Shown: piece by piece, positions 32,910 to 43,448 of the stretch
Layout: the number at the start of each line of letters is the position of its first letter
Position numbering within the stretch: the first letter of the stretch is position 1
Notes under the pieces: generated by a model
What the model saw: the letters and a program-made list of their open reading frames with translations, nothing else
What the model was told of the DNA's origin: nothing
The model's database searches: none
Made by a program: the position numbers and the translations under genes
Assembly (NCBI GenBank): GCA_963760795.1
Contig: CAVXEP010000020.1
Coordinates: 1-64,000 of the forward strand
Direction: 5' to 3'
Length of the DNA stretch: 64,000 bases
Origin: an uncultured delta proteobacterium
GTDB lineage: Bacteria; Desulfobacterota; Binatia; UBA9968

Positions 32910-34349
32910 ATGAACTACCACGGCCTGCGCGACTGGCTCGCCAAAGTCGACGCCTTCGGCGAACTGACGACGCTCGAAAACATCGACTGGAATCTAGAAA
33001 TGGGCGCCATCGTCGACGTGCTCTACCGCGAGCATCCGCCCCATGCGCCGGCGCTGATCTTCGACAACATCAAAGACCATCGGCCCGGCTATCGCACACT
33101 GTTCGGCCATTTCGCCTCGCCGAAGCGCATCGCGCTGACCCTCGGCGTCACCGAGGAGTTCGATCACGTGTTGGAATTCACTCGCATCTATCATCAGCGC
33201 ATGAAGCAGAGCGCGCCGCTGCGCATGGAACAAGTGACAACCGGCCCGGTTCATGAAAACGTCCAAGAGGGCAACCACGTCGATCTGTCGATCTTCCCTT
33301 CGCCGCTTATGCATGAAAAAGACGGCGGCCGCTACATCGGCACCGGCCATCTGGTGATCACCAAAGATCCCGATTCGGATTGGATCAACGTCGGCACCTA
33401 CCGGATCATGTCGCAGGATAAAAACACGCTGAGCATTTACATCGGTCCGGGAAAACACGCCTTCATTCACAAACAGAAATATTTTGACAAAAACCAAGCG
33501 ATGCCGGTCAACGTCGTTCTCGGCAGCGATCCTCTCGACTGGTTCGCCGCGGCCTGTCCGGTGCCCGCGGGCGTCAGCGAGTTCGACTACTCCGGCGGGT
33601 TGCGCGGCGCGCCGACCAAAGTGATTCGCAGCGACATCACTGGCCTACCCTATCCCGCCGATGCGGAAATTGTTTTAGAGGGCGAAATCCGCCCGGGTGA
33701 ATTTAAAGACGAAGGTCCCTTTGGCGAGTGGCCCGGCTACTACGCCAGTCCTCGCAGCCCCGAGCCGTTCATTCGTGTCAAACGCGTCTTGTATCGAAAT
33801 AATCCGATTATTTCCTGCGCCAACCCGGCGCGCCCGCCGCACACTCTCACGCTCCTGCGCGCCATCACCCGCTCGGCCCATGTCTGGGAAGAAATGGAAA
33901 AAGCCGGCATCCCGGACATAAAAGGCGTCTGGTCCCACGAGCCCGGCCCGCGCCAGTTCACCGTCGTCGCCATCAAGCAGCGTTATCCCGGCCATGTGAA
34001 ACAAGCCGGTATGATCGCGTCCCAATGCTTCTCCGGCGGCTATCAAAATCGCTTCACCATCGTTGTCGACGACGACATCGATCCGACGCGCATTGACGAT
34101 GTCGTCTGGGCGCTATCGACCCGCTGCGATCCCGCGGACGACATCGACATCCAGCGGCGCAGCTGGTCCAGCGCCCTCGACCCGATGATCCATCCCGACT
34201 CTAAAGTATTTCTCAATTCCCGCGCCGTCATCGACGCCTGCCGACCATATGAATGGATGAATAAATTTCCCGAAGTCGCCGAAACCAGTCGGGAGTTACG
34301 CAAAACCGTCCTCGGCAAGTTCGGCCGCGCGTTTTTCGGACTCAAATGA
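32910..34349 (+). CDS. UbiD-family prFMN-dependent (de)carboxylase
   Basis: HEKDGGRYIGT, NVGTYR, EGPFGEWPGYY, VVDDDID, WALSTRCDP. Confidence 0.93.
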   Translation: MNYHGLRDWLAKVDAFGELTTLENIDWNLEMGAIVDVLYREHPPHAPALIFDNIKDHRPGYRTLFGHFASPKRIALTLGVTEEFDHVLEFTRIYHQRMKQSAPLRMEQVTTGPVHENVQEGNHVDLSIFPSPLMHEKDGGRYIGTGHLVITKDPDSDWINVGTYRIMSQDKNTLSIYIGPGKHAFIHKQKYFDKNQAMPVNVVLGSDPLDWFAAACPVPAGVSEFDYSGGLRGAPTKVIRSDITGLPYPADAEIVLEGEIRPGEFKDEGPFGEWPGYYASPRSPEPFIRVKRVLYRNNPIISCANPARPPHTLTLLRAITRSAHVWEEMEKAGIPDIKGVWSHEPGPRQFTVVAIKQRYPGHVKQAGMIASQCFSGGYQNRFTIVVDDDIDPTRIDDVVWALSTRCDPADDIDIQRRSWSSALDPMIHPDSKVFLNSRAVIDACRPYEWMNKFPEVAETSRELRKTVLGKFGRAFFGLK

Positions 34350-34428
34350 CTACCTGCGCGCGGTGACAAACTCTCAGATAACGACCAAATCTTCGACTTT
34401 GCAATTGGGTAATTCTTACGTGTTTCGT

Positions 34429-34512
34429 AGTAGGAATTTTACCTACTTCCAGCTACTGAAAAACTAGAAATCGCCGTAATTTCGCCCACTTCCCGCTGGC
34501 CCAAGGTTTGCT
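34429..34512 (+). promoter_or_regulatory. Palindromic activator site plus sigma54 promoter
   Basis: AGTAGG-N7-CCTACT (34429-34447) and TGGCCCAAGGTTTGCT (34497-34512). Confidence 0.55.
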
Positions 34513-34539
34513 GTTTTTAACCCACGAGAGGGAAAAACT

Positions 34540-34818
34540 ATGAAATACGGTATTTTTATATTTATTCTCGTTTTTGTCTTCAGAGCCGTTTCAACGTCGG
34601 CTTTTGATTTGAAAAATAACCAGCGCGACGAGCGCGATTTGCGCATCGAGATCGAAACGATTCCGTCGCCAGTGCAGCATGACTTTGACAAGTACATCCA
34701 AGACCTCGCTGCCGCGGCGCAAAGGGAGGCGAGCCCGGAAGAACGGGCGCGAAAAGAAGAAGCAGCTAAGGATCACCAAATTAAAGTGCTAAACCCGATC
34801 GTGCTTTTCCGCTGGTAA
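34540..34818 (+). CDS. Small exported hypothetical protein
   Basis: RBS GAGAGG, signal peptide, acidic/helical body. Confidence 0.6.
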   Translation: MKYGIFIFILVFVFRAVSTSAFDLKNNQRDERDLRIEIETIPSPVQHDFDKYIQDLAAAAQREASPEERARKEEAAKDHQIKVLNPIVLFRW

Positions 34819-35426
34819 CCGGCTTTCCTTGAGTTAAGGTGTGCGCTACGGCGGACCCACACCGCGTAGGAAGATTTTACTAAACTCATTTTTCTAATCA
34901 TCGAACGCTTTCCGTCGTGCAATATTATTTGCCGTATTGAATCTATCCTCCCCCGGCAGGGGTGGGTAAATGCCTTTACGATTGGCAAACTCCACGCCCT
35001 AGGCGAGAATTGTCGTCGTTTGATTGTCGAAATAGAAGACTTGGAACGCTTTATCTACGCTGGAGCGGCGGTTTTGCTGAGCACAACCCCCATGCGAGTC
35101 ACCCAGCATTATTCCCCTGCACACGGTCATCGACGCCGGCCAGCTGTATGCATGGATGAGTAAATATCCGGAGATCGCCGAAATCAGGAAGCACTAAGAA
35201 AAAATACTGGCAAAGGCGGGACGGCCGTTGATTGGTCTTCAGTGAGAGCTGGGGAGGCCATTGTTGTCGTGCGGTTGTGGTGTGCGGAGGATAGCAGCCT
35301 CCGCGCCTGAGTGTAGATGACTGGAAAGTTCGTCTTTGCACTGTGCGTCGCGTGAGATATGATCCTCTGCGGCGACCTTGAACAATATTCGCGAGCTTGA
35401 GCGCTGAGCGATTTGCAAAGCTAACC

Positions 35427-35951
35427 ATGGCGATCTATCAACTGGGCGATGACATACCAAATATTCCTAATTCAGCCTATGTCGCAGCTGAAGCGACTGT
35501 CATTGGCAAAGTTACTTTGGGCGAGAACGTGAGCGTCTGGCCCGGCGTCGTTATGCGTGGCGACAACGATTCGATTACGATCGGCAATGGCAGCAACGTC
35601 CAAGACAACGCCGTGCTGCACACTGATCCTGGATTTCCACTCTTGGTCGGCGAGAACGTCACCATTGGCCACCAGGCTGTACTGCACGGCTGCACTATCG
35701 GCGACGGCTCGCTCGTTGGCATCCAAGCCGTCGTGTTGAACGGCGCCGTTATCGGCAAAAACTGCCTGGTCGGCGCCGGCGCTTTAGTGCTGGAAGGAAA
35801 GAGCTACGGCGAGCGCAAACTCATCCTCGGCTCACCAGCCAAAGTCATCCGCGAACTCACTGATGAAGATATCGAAAAAATGCATCGCGCCGCACCGGGC
35901 TATGTGCGGCGCCAGGAAATGTACAAATTGAAGTTAAAGAAACTCGGCTGA
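35427..35951 (+). CDS. Gamma carbonic anhydrase family (YrdA/PaaY-like)
   Basis: Hexapeptide repeats; RGD, NVQDNAVLH, TIGHQAVLHGC. Confidence 0.92.
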   Translation: MAIYQLGDDIPNIPNSAYVAAEATVIGKVTLGENVSVWPGVVMRGDNDSITIGNGSNVQDNAVLHTDPGFPLLVGENVTIGHQAVLHGCTIGDGSLVGIQAVVLNGAVIGKNCLVGAGALVLEGKSYGERKLILGSPAKVIRELTDEDIEKMHRAAPGYVRRQEMYKLKLKKLG

Positions 35952-36068
35952 TCCAAGTTTAAGTCCGGCGCAATAAACCTGGATCCCCGCGTGCGCGGGA
36001 ATACCGAATTCGCGCGTCACCTTCATCTATCGCCTGCCTGTAACGCAACGACACCTTAACACACACCG

Positions 36069-37073
36069 TCACTTCAAAAATATCTTGCCTAACTCCTTTT
36101 TCTTTTCCTCGAACGCTTTCGCCTCCAGCACTTCCATTTGCACGTACTGAATCTTGTCGGCGCCGGGGAGCGGCGGGTAGATGCCTTTGCGATTGGGGAA
36201 TTCGCCGGCTTGGGCAAGGATTTTCATATTCTCGTCGTCGAGGTAGTAGTCGATGAACGCTTTGCCGGCGCTTGGGCGCGGCGCTTTGTTGCTGAGCACG
36301 GCGTAGTGAGCATCGCCGAGCATTTTTTCGAGACGCACGTAGTCTAGCGGCGCACCGCCCTTGGCCGCGGTGTAGGCGTATTTGATGAAAGTCAGGGCGA
36401 TGGGAAACTCGCCGTTGGCCATGCGCTCGGCCGCCGGCAGCATCGACTCGACCAAGGTCGGCTTCGTCGCCGCCAGATCACGGATGAATTTGTCGGCGCG
36501 TTCTTTGGGCATGATCTTGTGCAAACTCGATAGCCATTGAATGGTCGTCACGTGTAGCGTCGGATCGGCCATCACCAGCATGCCTTTGTATTTTGCATTG
36601 ACCAGATCGTCGAGCGACTTGGGCGCGTCCTCGGCTTTGATCGAGCCCTTGTGATAGACCACGCCGACGATGCCGTAGCGGCTTACCGGGCCGAGCCGCG
36701 CATCGATCTGCTCCTTGGGATATTTTTTCGCCGTCGGCGAGTCGTACTTGGCGATCATCCCTTCGTTGGCCATGATCACCAATGGATCCGAGTTGTTCAT
36801 GACGATGTCGTAGAGCGGCGCGCCGGCGCGGTACTCGCTCATCGACCGGTTCATCACGCTCATCGCCGAAGCGCGCCAGTACTCGGCGTTGAGCCCGGTC
36901 TTCTTGCGAAAGCCAGCCAACACTTCATCCACCACCTGGCTCTCCAACGAGCCGTAAATCACCACCTTACCGCCTTCTTTTTTAGCCGCGTCGATGGTTT
37001 TCGCATCCTGGGCAAAAGTTGGTGACGCCCAGAAAAATACCGCGAGAGCTAAAATCACAATGACGAATTTCAT
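36069..37073 (-). CDS. Extracellular solute-binding protein (Fe3+/thiamine-type family)
   Basis: Signal peptide; AKKEGGKVVIYGS, APKSLDDLV, APRPSAGKAFIDY. Confidence 0.85.
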   Translation of the reverse strand: MKFVIVILALAVFFWASPTFAQDAKTIDAAKKEGGKVVIYGSLESQVVDEVLAGFRKKTGLNAEYWRASAMSVMNRSMSEYRAGAPLYDIVMNNSDPLVIMANEGMIAKYDSPTAKKYPKEQIDARLGPVSRYGIVGVVYHKGSIKAEDAPKSLDDLVNAKYKGMLVMADPTLHVTTIQWLSSLHKIMPKERADKFIRDLAATKPTLVESMLPAAERMANGEFPIALTFIKYAYTAAKGGAPLDYVRLEKMLGDAHYAVLSNKAPRPSAGKAFIDYYLDDENMKILAQAGEFPNRKGIYPPLPGADKIQYVQMEVLEAKAFEEKKKELGKIFLK

Positions 37074-37231
37074 TTCCCCTCCATTAAATCCTGCGACTCC
37101 AACTATCACGGCAGGAATTCTCCGGTCAACATTGAACATTGAACCTTTGAACTGTTTAACCCTCCTGCGTTGACATGAGCGAAGTCAACTTGTTATAGCC
37201 GATTGAAGTTCCAACGAAAGGTGCTCAAACA

Positions 37232-38299
37232 ATGCAAATCATCGACGCCGACGGCCATGTCAACGACCGCCCCTGTATGGACGAAATATCTAAATTCATG
37301 CCGGCGGGCAATCGCACGCAGGTATTTCCTGCTTTCGATCATATTCACTTTCATTACTTGGAAGGCGGCGAAAAGCGTTCGCGCACCGGCGATGTCGGCC
37401 CCAAAGAATGGCTCGACTTCCTGGACGAAACTGAGATCGATTGGACCGTCGTCTATCCCACGGCAGGATTAGCCGTCGGCCGGATCATCGCCGAAGACTG
37501 GGCTATCGCCGCTTGCCGCGCTTATAACAATTGGCTTTATGAAAAATTCACCAAGGTTACGCCGCGCATCAAAGGCATGGCGCTAATCCCGATCCAAGAT
37601 ACTCAAGCCGCCTGTGAAGAATTGCGCCGCGCGGTAAAAGAACTCGGCATGGCCGGCGCCATGCTGCCATCCAACGGCGAAGGCATCAAAGGCCACTTCG
37701 GCTCAAAAATCTATTGGCCGATCTACGAGGAAGCCGAGAAACTCAACGCGCCGCTGGCGGTTCACGTCGGCGCGCTGCACCATTTAGGCATGGACAGCAT
37801 CGGCGTTTACTATCCGGTGCATGCCCTCGGCCATCCGTTCGGGATCATGGCGCAAGCAGCCGCGATGCTCTCCTACGGCGTGTTCGATCGCTTCCCCAAA
37901 CTGCGCGTCGGTTTCCTCGAAGGTGGCGCGACCTGGGTGCCGTTCTTCATGGACCGTCTCGACCGCTCCTACCCGCATCATCTGCAGGTCGACATTCATG
38001 GCGAATTCCTGCCGAGCTCGCACCCTGATGTGATGGCCAGCGAATATTTCCGCCGGCAAACCAAAGCCGGCAAAATTTTTGTCGGCTTCGACGGTGACGA
38101 TCATGGCCTCGGCTACGCGGTCAAAGAAGCGGGCAACGAGTCGTTCGTCTTCGCCACCGACTTTCCGCACGAGAGCTTCGATGCCAAATCCTGCCGCATC
38201 GAGCTCCAGCATATTCTCAGCCGCGAAGATCTCAGTCAGGCCGATAAAGAAGCGATTCTGGGAAAAAATGCCATAACATTCTACGGCGTCGAGCGCTGA
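37232..38299 (+). CDS. Amidohydrolase-2 family (non-oxidative decarboxylase/hydratase-like)
   Basis: IIDADGH, CRAYNNW, FLEGGATW, FATDFPH. Confidence 0.9.
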   Translation: MQIIDADGHVNDRPCMDEISKFMPAGNRTQVFPAFDHIHFHYLEGGEKRSRTGDVGPKEWLDFLDETEIDWTVVYPTAGLAVGRIIAEDWAIAACRAYNNWLYEKFTKVTPRIKGMALIPIQDTQAACEELRRAVKELGMAGAMLPSNGEGIKGHFGSKIYWPIYEEAEKLNAPLAVHVGALHHLGMDSIGVYYPVHALGHPFGIMAQAAAMLSYGVFDRFPKLRVGFLEGGATWVPFFMDRLDRSYPHHLQVDIHGEFLPSSHPDVMASEYFRRQTKAGKIFVGFDGDDHGLGYAVKEAGNESFVFATDFPHESFDAKSCRIELQHILSREDLSQADKEAILGKNAITFYGVER

Positions 38300-38314
38300 A
38301 GCGGAGACTCACCC

Positions 38315-38714
38315 GTGCTGCGAATATTATCCGCCTACGAGCCCCAGAGTCTACGCAATCATGCGCATTATCGTCGGCCTACTATTTGTCTGCCACGGTT
38401 TGCAGAAAACTGCCGGCGCCTTTGGCGGGGTCAACGGCGAGCCGGCACCATTGTTTAGTTTGCTCGGTATCGCCGGTTACCTCGAACTCGCACTTGGGTT
38501 GATGATTACCATGGGCATATTTACCGTTGCCGCCGCGTTTCTAGCCAGCGGCCATATGGCCGCGGCCTACTTCATCGGCCATTTTCCAATGGGCTACTGG
38601 CCAATCACGAATCAAGGTGAAGTAGCAGTCTTATACTGTTTCGTGTTTCTCTATATCGCCGCGCACGGCCCCGGCATCTGGAGCGTCGATATGTTCGGCA
38701 GCGCGACGCGGTGA
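38315..38714 (+). CDS. DoxX family membrane protein (frameshift near 38345)
   Basis: RIIVGLLFVCHGLQK, SGHMAAAYF, NQGEVAVLYCFVFL, GPGIWSVD. Confidence 0.85.
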
Positions 38715-38828
38715 TTGTCAACCGAGATACATAACTCATAGGGTCTTTGATTTTAACCTTTGTACTGGACGGAGGCTTTGTGATTAAATCGCACCGTTAA
38801 CGATTCTAGGAAAACTTCAGGAGTATTC

Positions 38829-39740
38829 ATGGCAGAAACTTCTTCAGCTGTAGCGACACCTCGCGTCAAAGGCCCGCTCGTCTGGCTCGGCATGGATCAG
38901 CAAGAGCTCGATGACGCTTACGATCAGACAGTCTACGCCCCCAATCAACCCTTGCTCGCCAAGCGCCGCGCCGCCGCCAGCGAGTCGGTGTTGAAACGAT
39001 TTCCGCCGGAGCGCGTCGTCTACGGCCCCAGCGAGCATGAAAAACTCGATATCTACAAAACTCATAAGCCCAACGCGCCGGTGAATGTCTACGTCCACGG
39101 CGGCGCCTGGCGCAACGGCCAGGCCAAAGACTTCGCCTTCCCCGCCGAGATGTTCGTCAACGCCGGCGCGAATTTCGTCGTCCTCGACTTCGTGCAAATT
39201 CAGGACACCGGCGGCAACCTGCTGCCGATGGCGCAGCAAGTCCGCAGCGCCGTCGCCTGGGTCTACAAAAACGCCGCGCGCTTCGGCGCCGATGCCAATC
39301 GCGTCTACATCACCGGCCATTCCTCCGGCGCGCACTTGAGCGGCTGCGCGTTGGTCACCGACTGGCAAAAAGATTTTGGCCTGCCGCCCGACATTCTCAA
39401 AGCTGGATTGTTAGTCAGCGGCATGTACGATTTGCACCCGGTGCGGCTTTCGAAGCGCAGTGAGTATGTGAAATTCACCGACGAGGTCGAGCAAGCGCTC
39501 AGCTCGCAACGCCATCTGGACAAGCTGCATGCGCCGATCACCGTCTGCTATGGCACCCAAGAAACGCCAGAGTTCCAGCGCCAAAACCGCGACTTCGCCG
39601 CCGCGGTGAAAGCTGCCGGTAAGCCGGTGGAACTCCTCGTCGGCGAAAGCTTGAACCACTTCGAGATGCAGGAAACCTTGGGCAATCCCTACGGCATCGG
39701 CGGCCGGGCGGCGTTAAAAATGATGAACTTGTCCGCTTAA
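38829..39740 (+). CDS. Alpha/beta hydrolase, arylformamidase-like
   Basis: HGGAW, GHSSG nucleophile elbow, NHFE. Confidence 0.88.
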   Translation: MAETSSAVATPRVKGPLVWLGMDQQELDDAYDQTVYAPNQPLLAKRRAAASESVLKRFPPERVVYGPSEHEKLDIYKTHKPNAPVNVYVHGGAWRNGQAKDFAFPAEMFVNAGANFVVLDFVQIQDTGGNLLPMAQQVRSAVAWVYKNAARFGADANRVYITGHSSGAHLSGCALVTDWQKDFGLPPDILKAGLLVSGMYDLHPVRLSKRSEYVKFTDEVEQALSSQRHLDKLHAPITVCYGTQETPEFQRQNRDFAAAVKAAGKPVELLVGESLNHFEMQETLGNPYGIGGRAALKMMNLSA

Positions 39741-39920
39741 CCATTTCTTTCAGGTTTATGCTGAGGAAGCCTCACCACGAAGTTCACGAAAGGACACGAA
39801 GGGTTCGGATGATCAAAATTCTGAACTTCGTGCTCTTCGTGTCCTTCGTGGTGTAAAAGTCTTATTGACCGTGGCACTTGAGCCACACAAAGGCCGCAGA
39901 GTGTTTGACTAGGAGGAACC

Positions 39921-40461
39921 ATGAGCCGTATTCCCCACGCTAAGCGCGATGAATTGTCGCCCGAACAGCAAAAGATTTGGGATCACATCCACGCCGTCCG
40001 CACTGGCGGCGGCGGGCCCTATTCGATGCTGCTGCATGTGCCCGGCCCTCGCCGCCAACGTCGCCGCCACCGAAGATTATTTTCGCTTGGATTCGGCGCT
40101 CAGCGATGCCGACCGCGAGATCGTCATCCTCGCCGCGGCGCGCGAGCTCGGCGCGCACTATCCCTGGGTGCGCCACGAAGCACGCGCCCGGCAAGTCGGC
40201 GTGCGCACGGAAGTGATCGAGACCTTGCGCGCCCAAGGCTCCCGCGCCGGCTTCACGCCGCGCGAGCAACTTCTGACCGACATCCCGCTGAGCTTGGTGC
40301 GCGAACACGGCTTGTCCGATGAACTATTCGCCCGCGCCGAACGCGAGTTGAATCGCCGACAACTCGTCGAAGTCATCGGCCTGGTCGGCCACTACAGCAC
40401 CATCAGCTTCGTCGCCAACACCTTCCAAATACCCAAGCCCGAAGGCAGCCAGACATTTTAG
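39921..40461 (+). CDS. Carboxymuconolactone decarboxylase (CMD)-like protein (frameshift near 40045)
   Basis: GGGPYSMLLH / REIVILAAARE..YPWVRHE, VEVIGLVGHY. Confidence 0.82.
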
Positions 40462-40471
40462 AAAGGTTTCT

Positions 40472-41011
40472 ATGAGCAAACTACCCAACGCGACACGCGA
40501 AGGACTTTCCGCAGAGCAGCTGAAAATCTGGGACCGAATCTTCGAGGGTCGCACCGGCGGCGGCGGTCCTTACTCCATGCTGATGCACTCGCCGGAGATG
40601 GCACAGCACTTCGCCGCCACCGAAGACTACTTTCGCAACCATTCGCTCCTGCCCGATGCCGACCGCGAGATCATCATCCTCACCGCTGCCCGCGAAGTAA
40701 GCGCCCACTACGCCTGGACGCGCCACGAAATCCGCGCTCACAAAGTCGGCATCATGCCGGAAACGATCGAAGCGCTGCGCGCCCATGCCGACGCCGACAA
40801 ATTCACCGGCAAAGAAAGACTGCTGGTGGAATTTACCCGCACGCTGATGAACCAACATGAGCTACCCGAAGAATTGTTCGCACGGATGGAAAAGGAGTTC
40901 GGCAAGGCAAAGTTTATCGAAGCCGTCGGCCTGCTCGGCCACTACATCACCATCGGCACAGTGATAAGAATGTTCGACGTCAGACCGCCGGCGGGAAGTA
41001 AGACTTTCTAA
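40472..41011 (+). CDS. CMD-like protein, tandem paralogue
   Basis: GGGPYSMLMHSP, REIIILTAARE, YAWTRHE. Confidence 0.87.
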   Translation: MSKLPNATREGLSAEQLKIWDRIFEGRTGGGGPYSMLMHSPEMAQHFAATEDYFRNHSLLPDADREIIILTAAREVSAHYAWTRHEIRAHKVGIMPETIEALRAHADADKFTGKERLLVEFTRTLMNQHELPEELFARMEKEFGKAKFIEAVGLLGHYITIGTVIRMFDVRPPAGSKTF

Positions 41012-41030
41012 GAACGCTGCAGAGACAACT

Positions 41031-41142
41031 CCGTCATACCGGCGAAGGCCGGTATCCAGACCCTTCCTCCAGCTGGATACCGTTCTTCAACGGTATGATC
41101 GACGCTGTCGGTCACCTGGATTCCGCGTGCGCGGGAATGACG
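41031..41142. repeat. REP-like (CGTCAT..GGGAATGACG) palindromes
   Basis: CCGTCATACCGGCGAAGGCCGGTATCCAG..CTGGATTCCGCGTGCGCGGGAATGACG; related copies near 35978, 50440 and 56670. Confidence 0.75.
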
Positions 41143-41175
41143 AATTTTCGGCTTAATCCTCTCCCTTTACCGTCT

Positions 41176-42171
41176 TCATTTCGCTGGATATCTCTTACTC
41201 AATTCAACAAAGAACCCTTCTTTGTCCAACTCGTTTAACACACCGGCGTCGTAAAACTGCTCGGGCTTGGCGGTTTTTGCCTGGGGCATCTGCGGCGCCA
41301 GCATGTCGAGGATGAATTGAATTCCTTTCGGCGTGAACGTCGGCTTTCTGGGAATCGTCTTCACATAATTTTGGTAGGAAGTCTCCAGCACCTCGGCGTC
41401 ATTGCTGCGCATATACTTGGCGAAGACTTTCTGCGACTCCGGCTTGCGCGCGTAGATGAAATGGATCGACTCCAAGTAACCCTTCATAACATTCTTGACG
41501 ATATCGCGGCTGTTCTTCAAATACGCCCGCGAAGTCGCCAGGCCGTTGCCCTGCACTTCGACACCGAGATCGGCGATCTGCAGCAAATCGACAAAACCCA
41601 TCTTGCGCGCGATCGGCGCGGTTGAAAGATTGAAAAATGACGCATCCACCGTCCCCGCGCTCATCGCCCCCAAGCGCTCGGCATCGGGACCGCCCGGCAC
41701 CAGGATCAAGTCCTTGTTTATTTCCAAATTGAGATGTTTAGCGAGAATTTGCGCTGCGTAATGGGTAATCGAGCCGAAGCCGCTGATGGCCAGCTTCTTA
41801 CCTTTGAGTTGTTCCAGACTGGCTATGCCGGGCCGGACGAAGACCAGCTGATAAAACTTGTTCTCCATGCTGGCGACCAAGACCAGATTATAACCGGTAA
41901 GATTGGCCTGAATTACCGTGCCGACATTAACCATCGGCGGCTCCCCCGCCGCCAACGCTTGCGTCGCCACCTGCCCACCGCGCAAAAACACTGGGTCGAC
42001 CTCGACGCCGTATTTGCGAAATAGACCTTGCTCTTTGCCGACCCAGATATGGCTCTGGGTAAACGCCAGGGACGGATAGCCCATGGTGATGCGCTTCAGC
42101 TCTTGGGCTTCGACCCCACTGGCGATCAAGGCTAAAACTAGGAACAGCCCCGCTACTGCCAACTTAAACAT
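41176..42171 (-). CDS. ABC transporter substrate-binding protein, NMT1/TauA-like
   Basis: Signal peptide; GLFRKYGVEV, LKGKKLAISGFGS. Confidence 0.88.
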   Translation of the reverse strand: MFKLAVAGLFLVLALIASGVEAQELKRITMGYPSLAFTQSHIWVGKEQGLFRKYGVEVDPVFLRGGQVATQALAAGEPPMVNVGTVIQANLTGYNLVLVASMENKFYQLVFVRPGIASLEQLKGKKLAISGFGSITHYAAQILAKHLNLEINKDLILVPGGPDAERLGAMSAGTVDASFFNLSTAPIARKMGFVDLLQIADLGVEVQGNGLATSRAYLKNSRDIVKNVMKGYLESIHFIYARKPESQKVFAKYMRSNDAEVLETSYQNYVKTIPRKPTFTPKGIQFILDMLAPQMPQAKTAKPEQFYDAGVLNELDKEGFFVELSKRYPAK

Positions 42172-42188
42172 CGCGCCTCCTCAGAGAA

Positions 42189-43379
42189 TTATGCGAGCGA
42201 CACCAGTTCAGGATCGCGCTTGAATAGAGCTTCGCAACCCGTCTCCGTCACGATCACCGGCCCGCCAAAGGCGAAGTGAATCCTGCCGTCGGCGGACAGC
42301 GCCATCGGTTTCCAGACAAAGGTATTGTTCTTCTCAATGGCTAAATCTCGGGCACGGTCACTTTTCGTTCGAAGCGTGAACCGCGGCCCATCGTCGCCAT
42401 AGCCACAGCCATGCAATTGTAAAGTCGTTCGCATGCCGCTTTTTGAGCCGAAGCCGCTAACGAAATCTTCCAGCGCGCCGAAGCTCACGCCGGGTTTGAT
42501 GAATTGCAACCCAGCTTCGTAAACCTCCCGTTGCAGCGCGATCACCGGTTTCCAGGCGTCAGGAATCTTGCCCAGCAACACCGGCTGGCATATCTGCGTC
42601 AACTGCGCACCCATGATCGCGTTGATCTCGCTGGTAATAGATGCGCCGGCTTCGAGCCTGCGGCCAATGGGCGGATTGGTAAAGCGCTGCGGTTTCGCCG
42701 TGTCGATCGCATCGATCGTCAGAGTCATCGGGAAGTATTCGCTGCGCAGCGCCAACATCTTGGCCAACACGTCGGAATAAAAAACCCCGGCGTCAACACC
42801 CGGACAGGCAAGCTTAATCAGTTCATCCAGAGCTGCCGCCGCCACCTCGGCGGAACGGCGGATGAATGGAATCTCTTCCGCGCTCTTCACATAGCGCACC
42901 AGACCGATCACATCCGTGGCGTCTTCGAAGTGCGCGCTCGGCACTTTGCTCATGGCGGTTTCGAGAGCGGTGTGATTGACCACGCCGTCCATAGAGCAGC
43001 AGTGCGTTACGCGGCCGCCTTTCAAGCCGGCCACGCCGATGCGCGCCCGCTCGAAACCCAGGTCGCACAGCGCTTCGCCCATGGGCTCCGCCCACTCGCG
43101 GCCGGTCTGCCAAGGGTCGGGCACCCATTCGTTGTTCGATCGGCGGTCGGCGACGACGATCGGCGCCCGTCCGTCGGTCGGCAAGACCATCGCCGAGCAA
43201 CGCAATTGCGTCATGTAGCGCGCATCGATGCCGTCGCCGAGAGGCACGAGAATGCAGTCGAAGCCAGCTTGCGCAGCGTTGGCACGCACCGCATTCCAGC
43301 GCCGATCGCGCTCCACCAGCGAATAACCATTCCAAACAAAAACCGTCGCGCCGGATCCCGGCGGCGTAGTCCACGGCAT
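42189..43379 (-). CDS. M24 (creatinase/prolidase-fold) family protein
   Basis: YSLVERDRRW, RYVKSAEEI, HGCGYGDDGP. Confidence 0.8.
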   Translation of the reverse strand: MPWTTPPGSGATVFVWNGYSLVERDRRWNAVRANAAQAGFDCILVPLGDGIDARYMTQLRCSAMVLPTDGRAPIVVADRRSNNEWVPDPWQTGREWAEPMGEALCDLGFERARIGVAGLKGGRVTHCCSMDGVVNHTALETAMSKVPSAHFEDATDVIGLVRYVKSAEEIPFIRRSAEVAAAALDELIKLACPGVDAGVFYSDVLAKMLALRSEYFPMTLTIDAIDTAKPQRFTNPPIGRRLEAGASITSEINAIMGAQLTQICQPVLLGKIPDAWKPVIALQREVYEAGLQFIKPGVSFGALEDFVSGFGSKSGMRTTLQLHGCGYGDDGPRFTLRTKSDRARDLAIEKNNTFVWKPMALSADGRIHFAFGGPVIVTETGCEALFKRDPELVSLA

Positions 43380-43448
43380 AAAAGCTTCCCTTCGGTTCGC
43401 TGTTTCGAGTTCTGAGTAGAACCCGAAACTCGAAACCCAAAACGCATT

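Noticed and set aside
34960-35400. Possible small gene or ncRNA in the intergenic region
   Set aside because: Only a short coding-like stretch (..VIDAGQLYAWMSKYPEIAEIRKH) with no recognisable family or RNA motif
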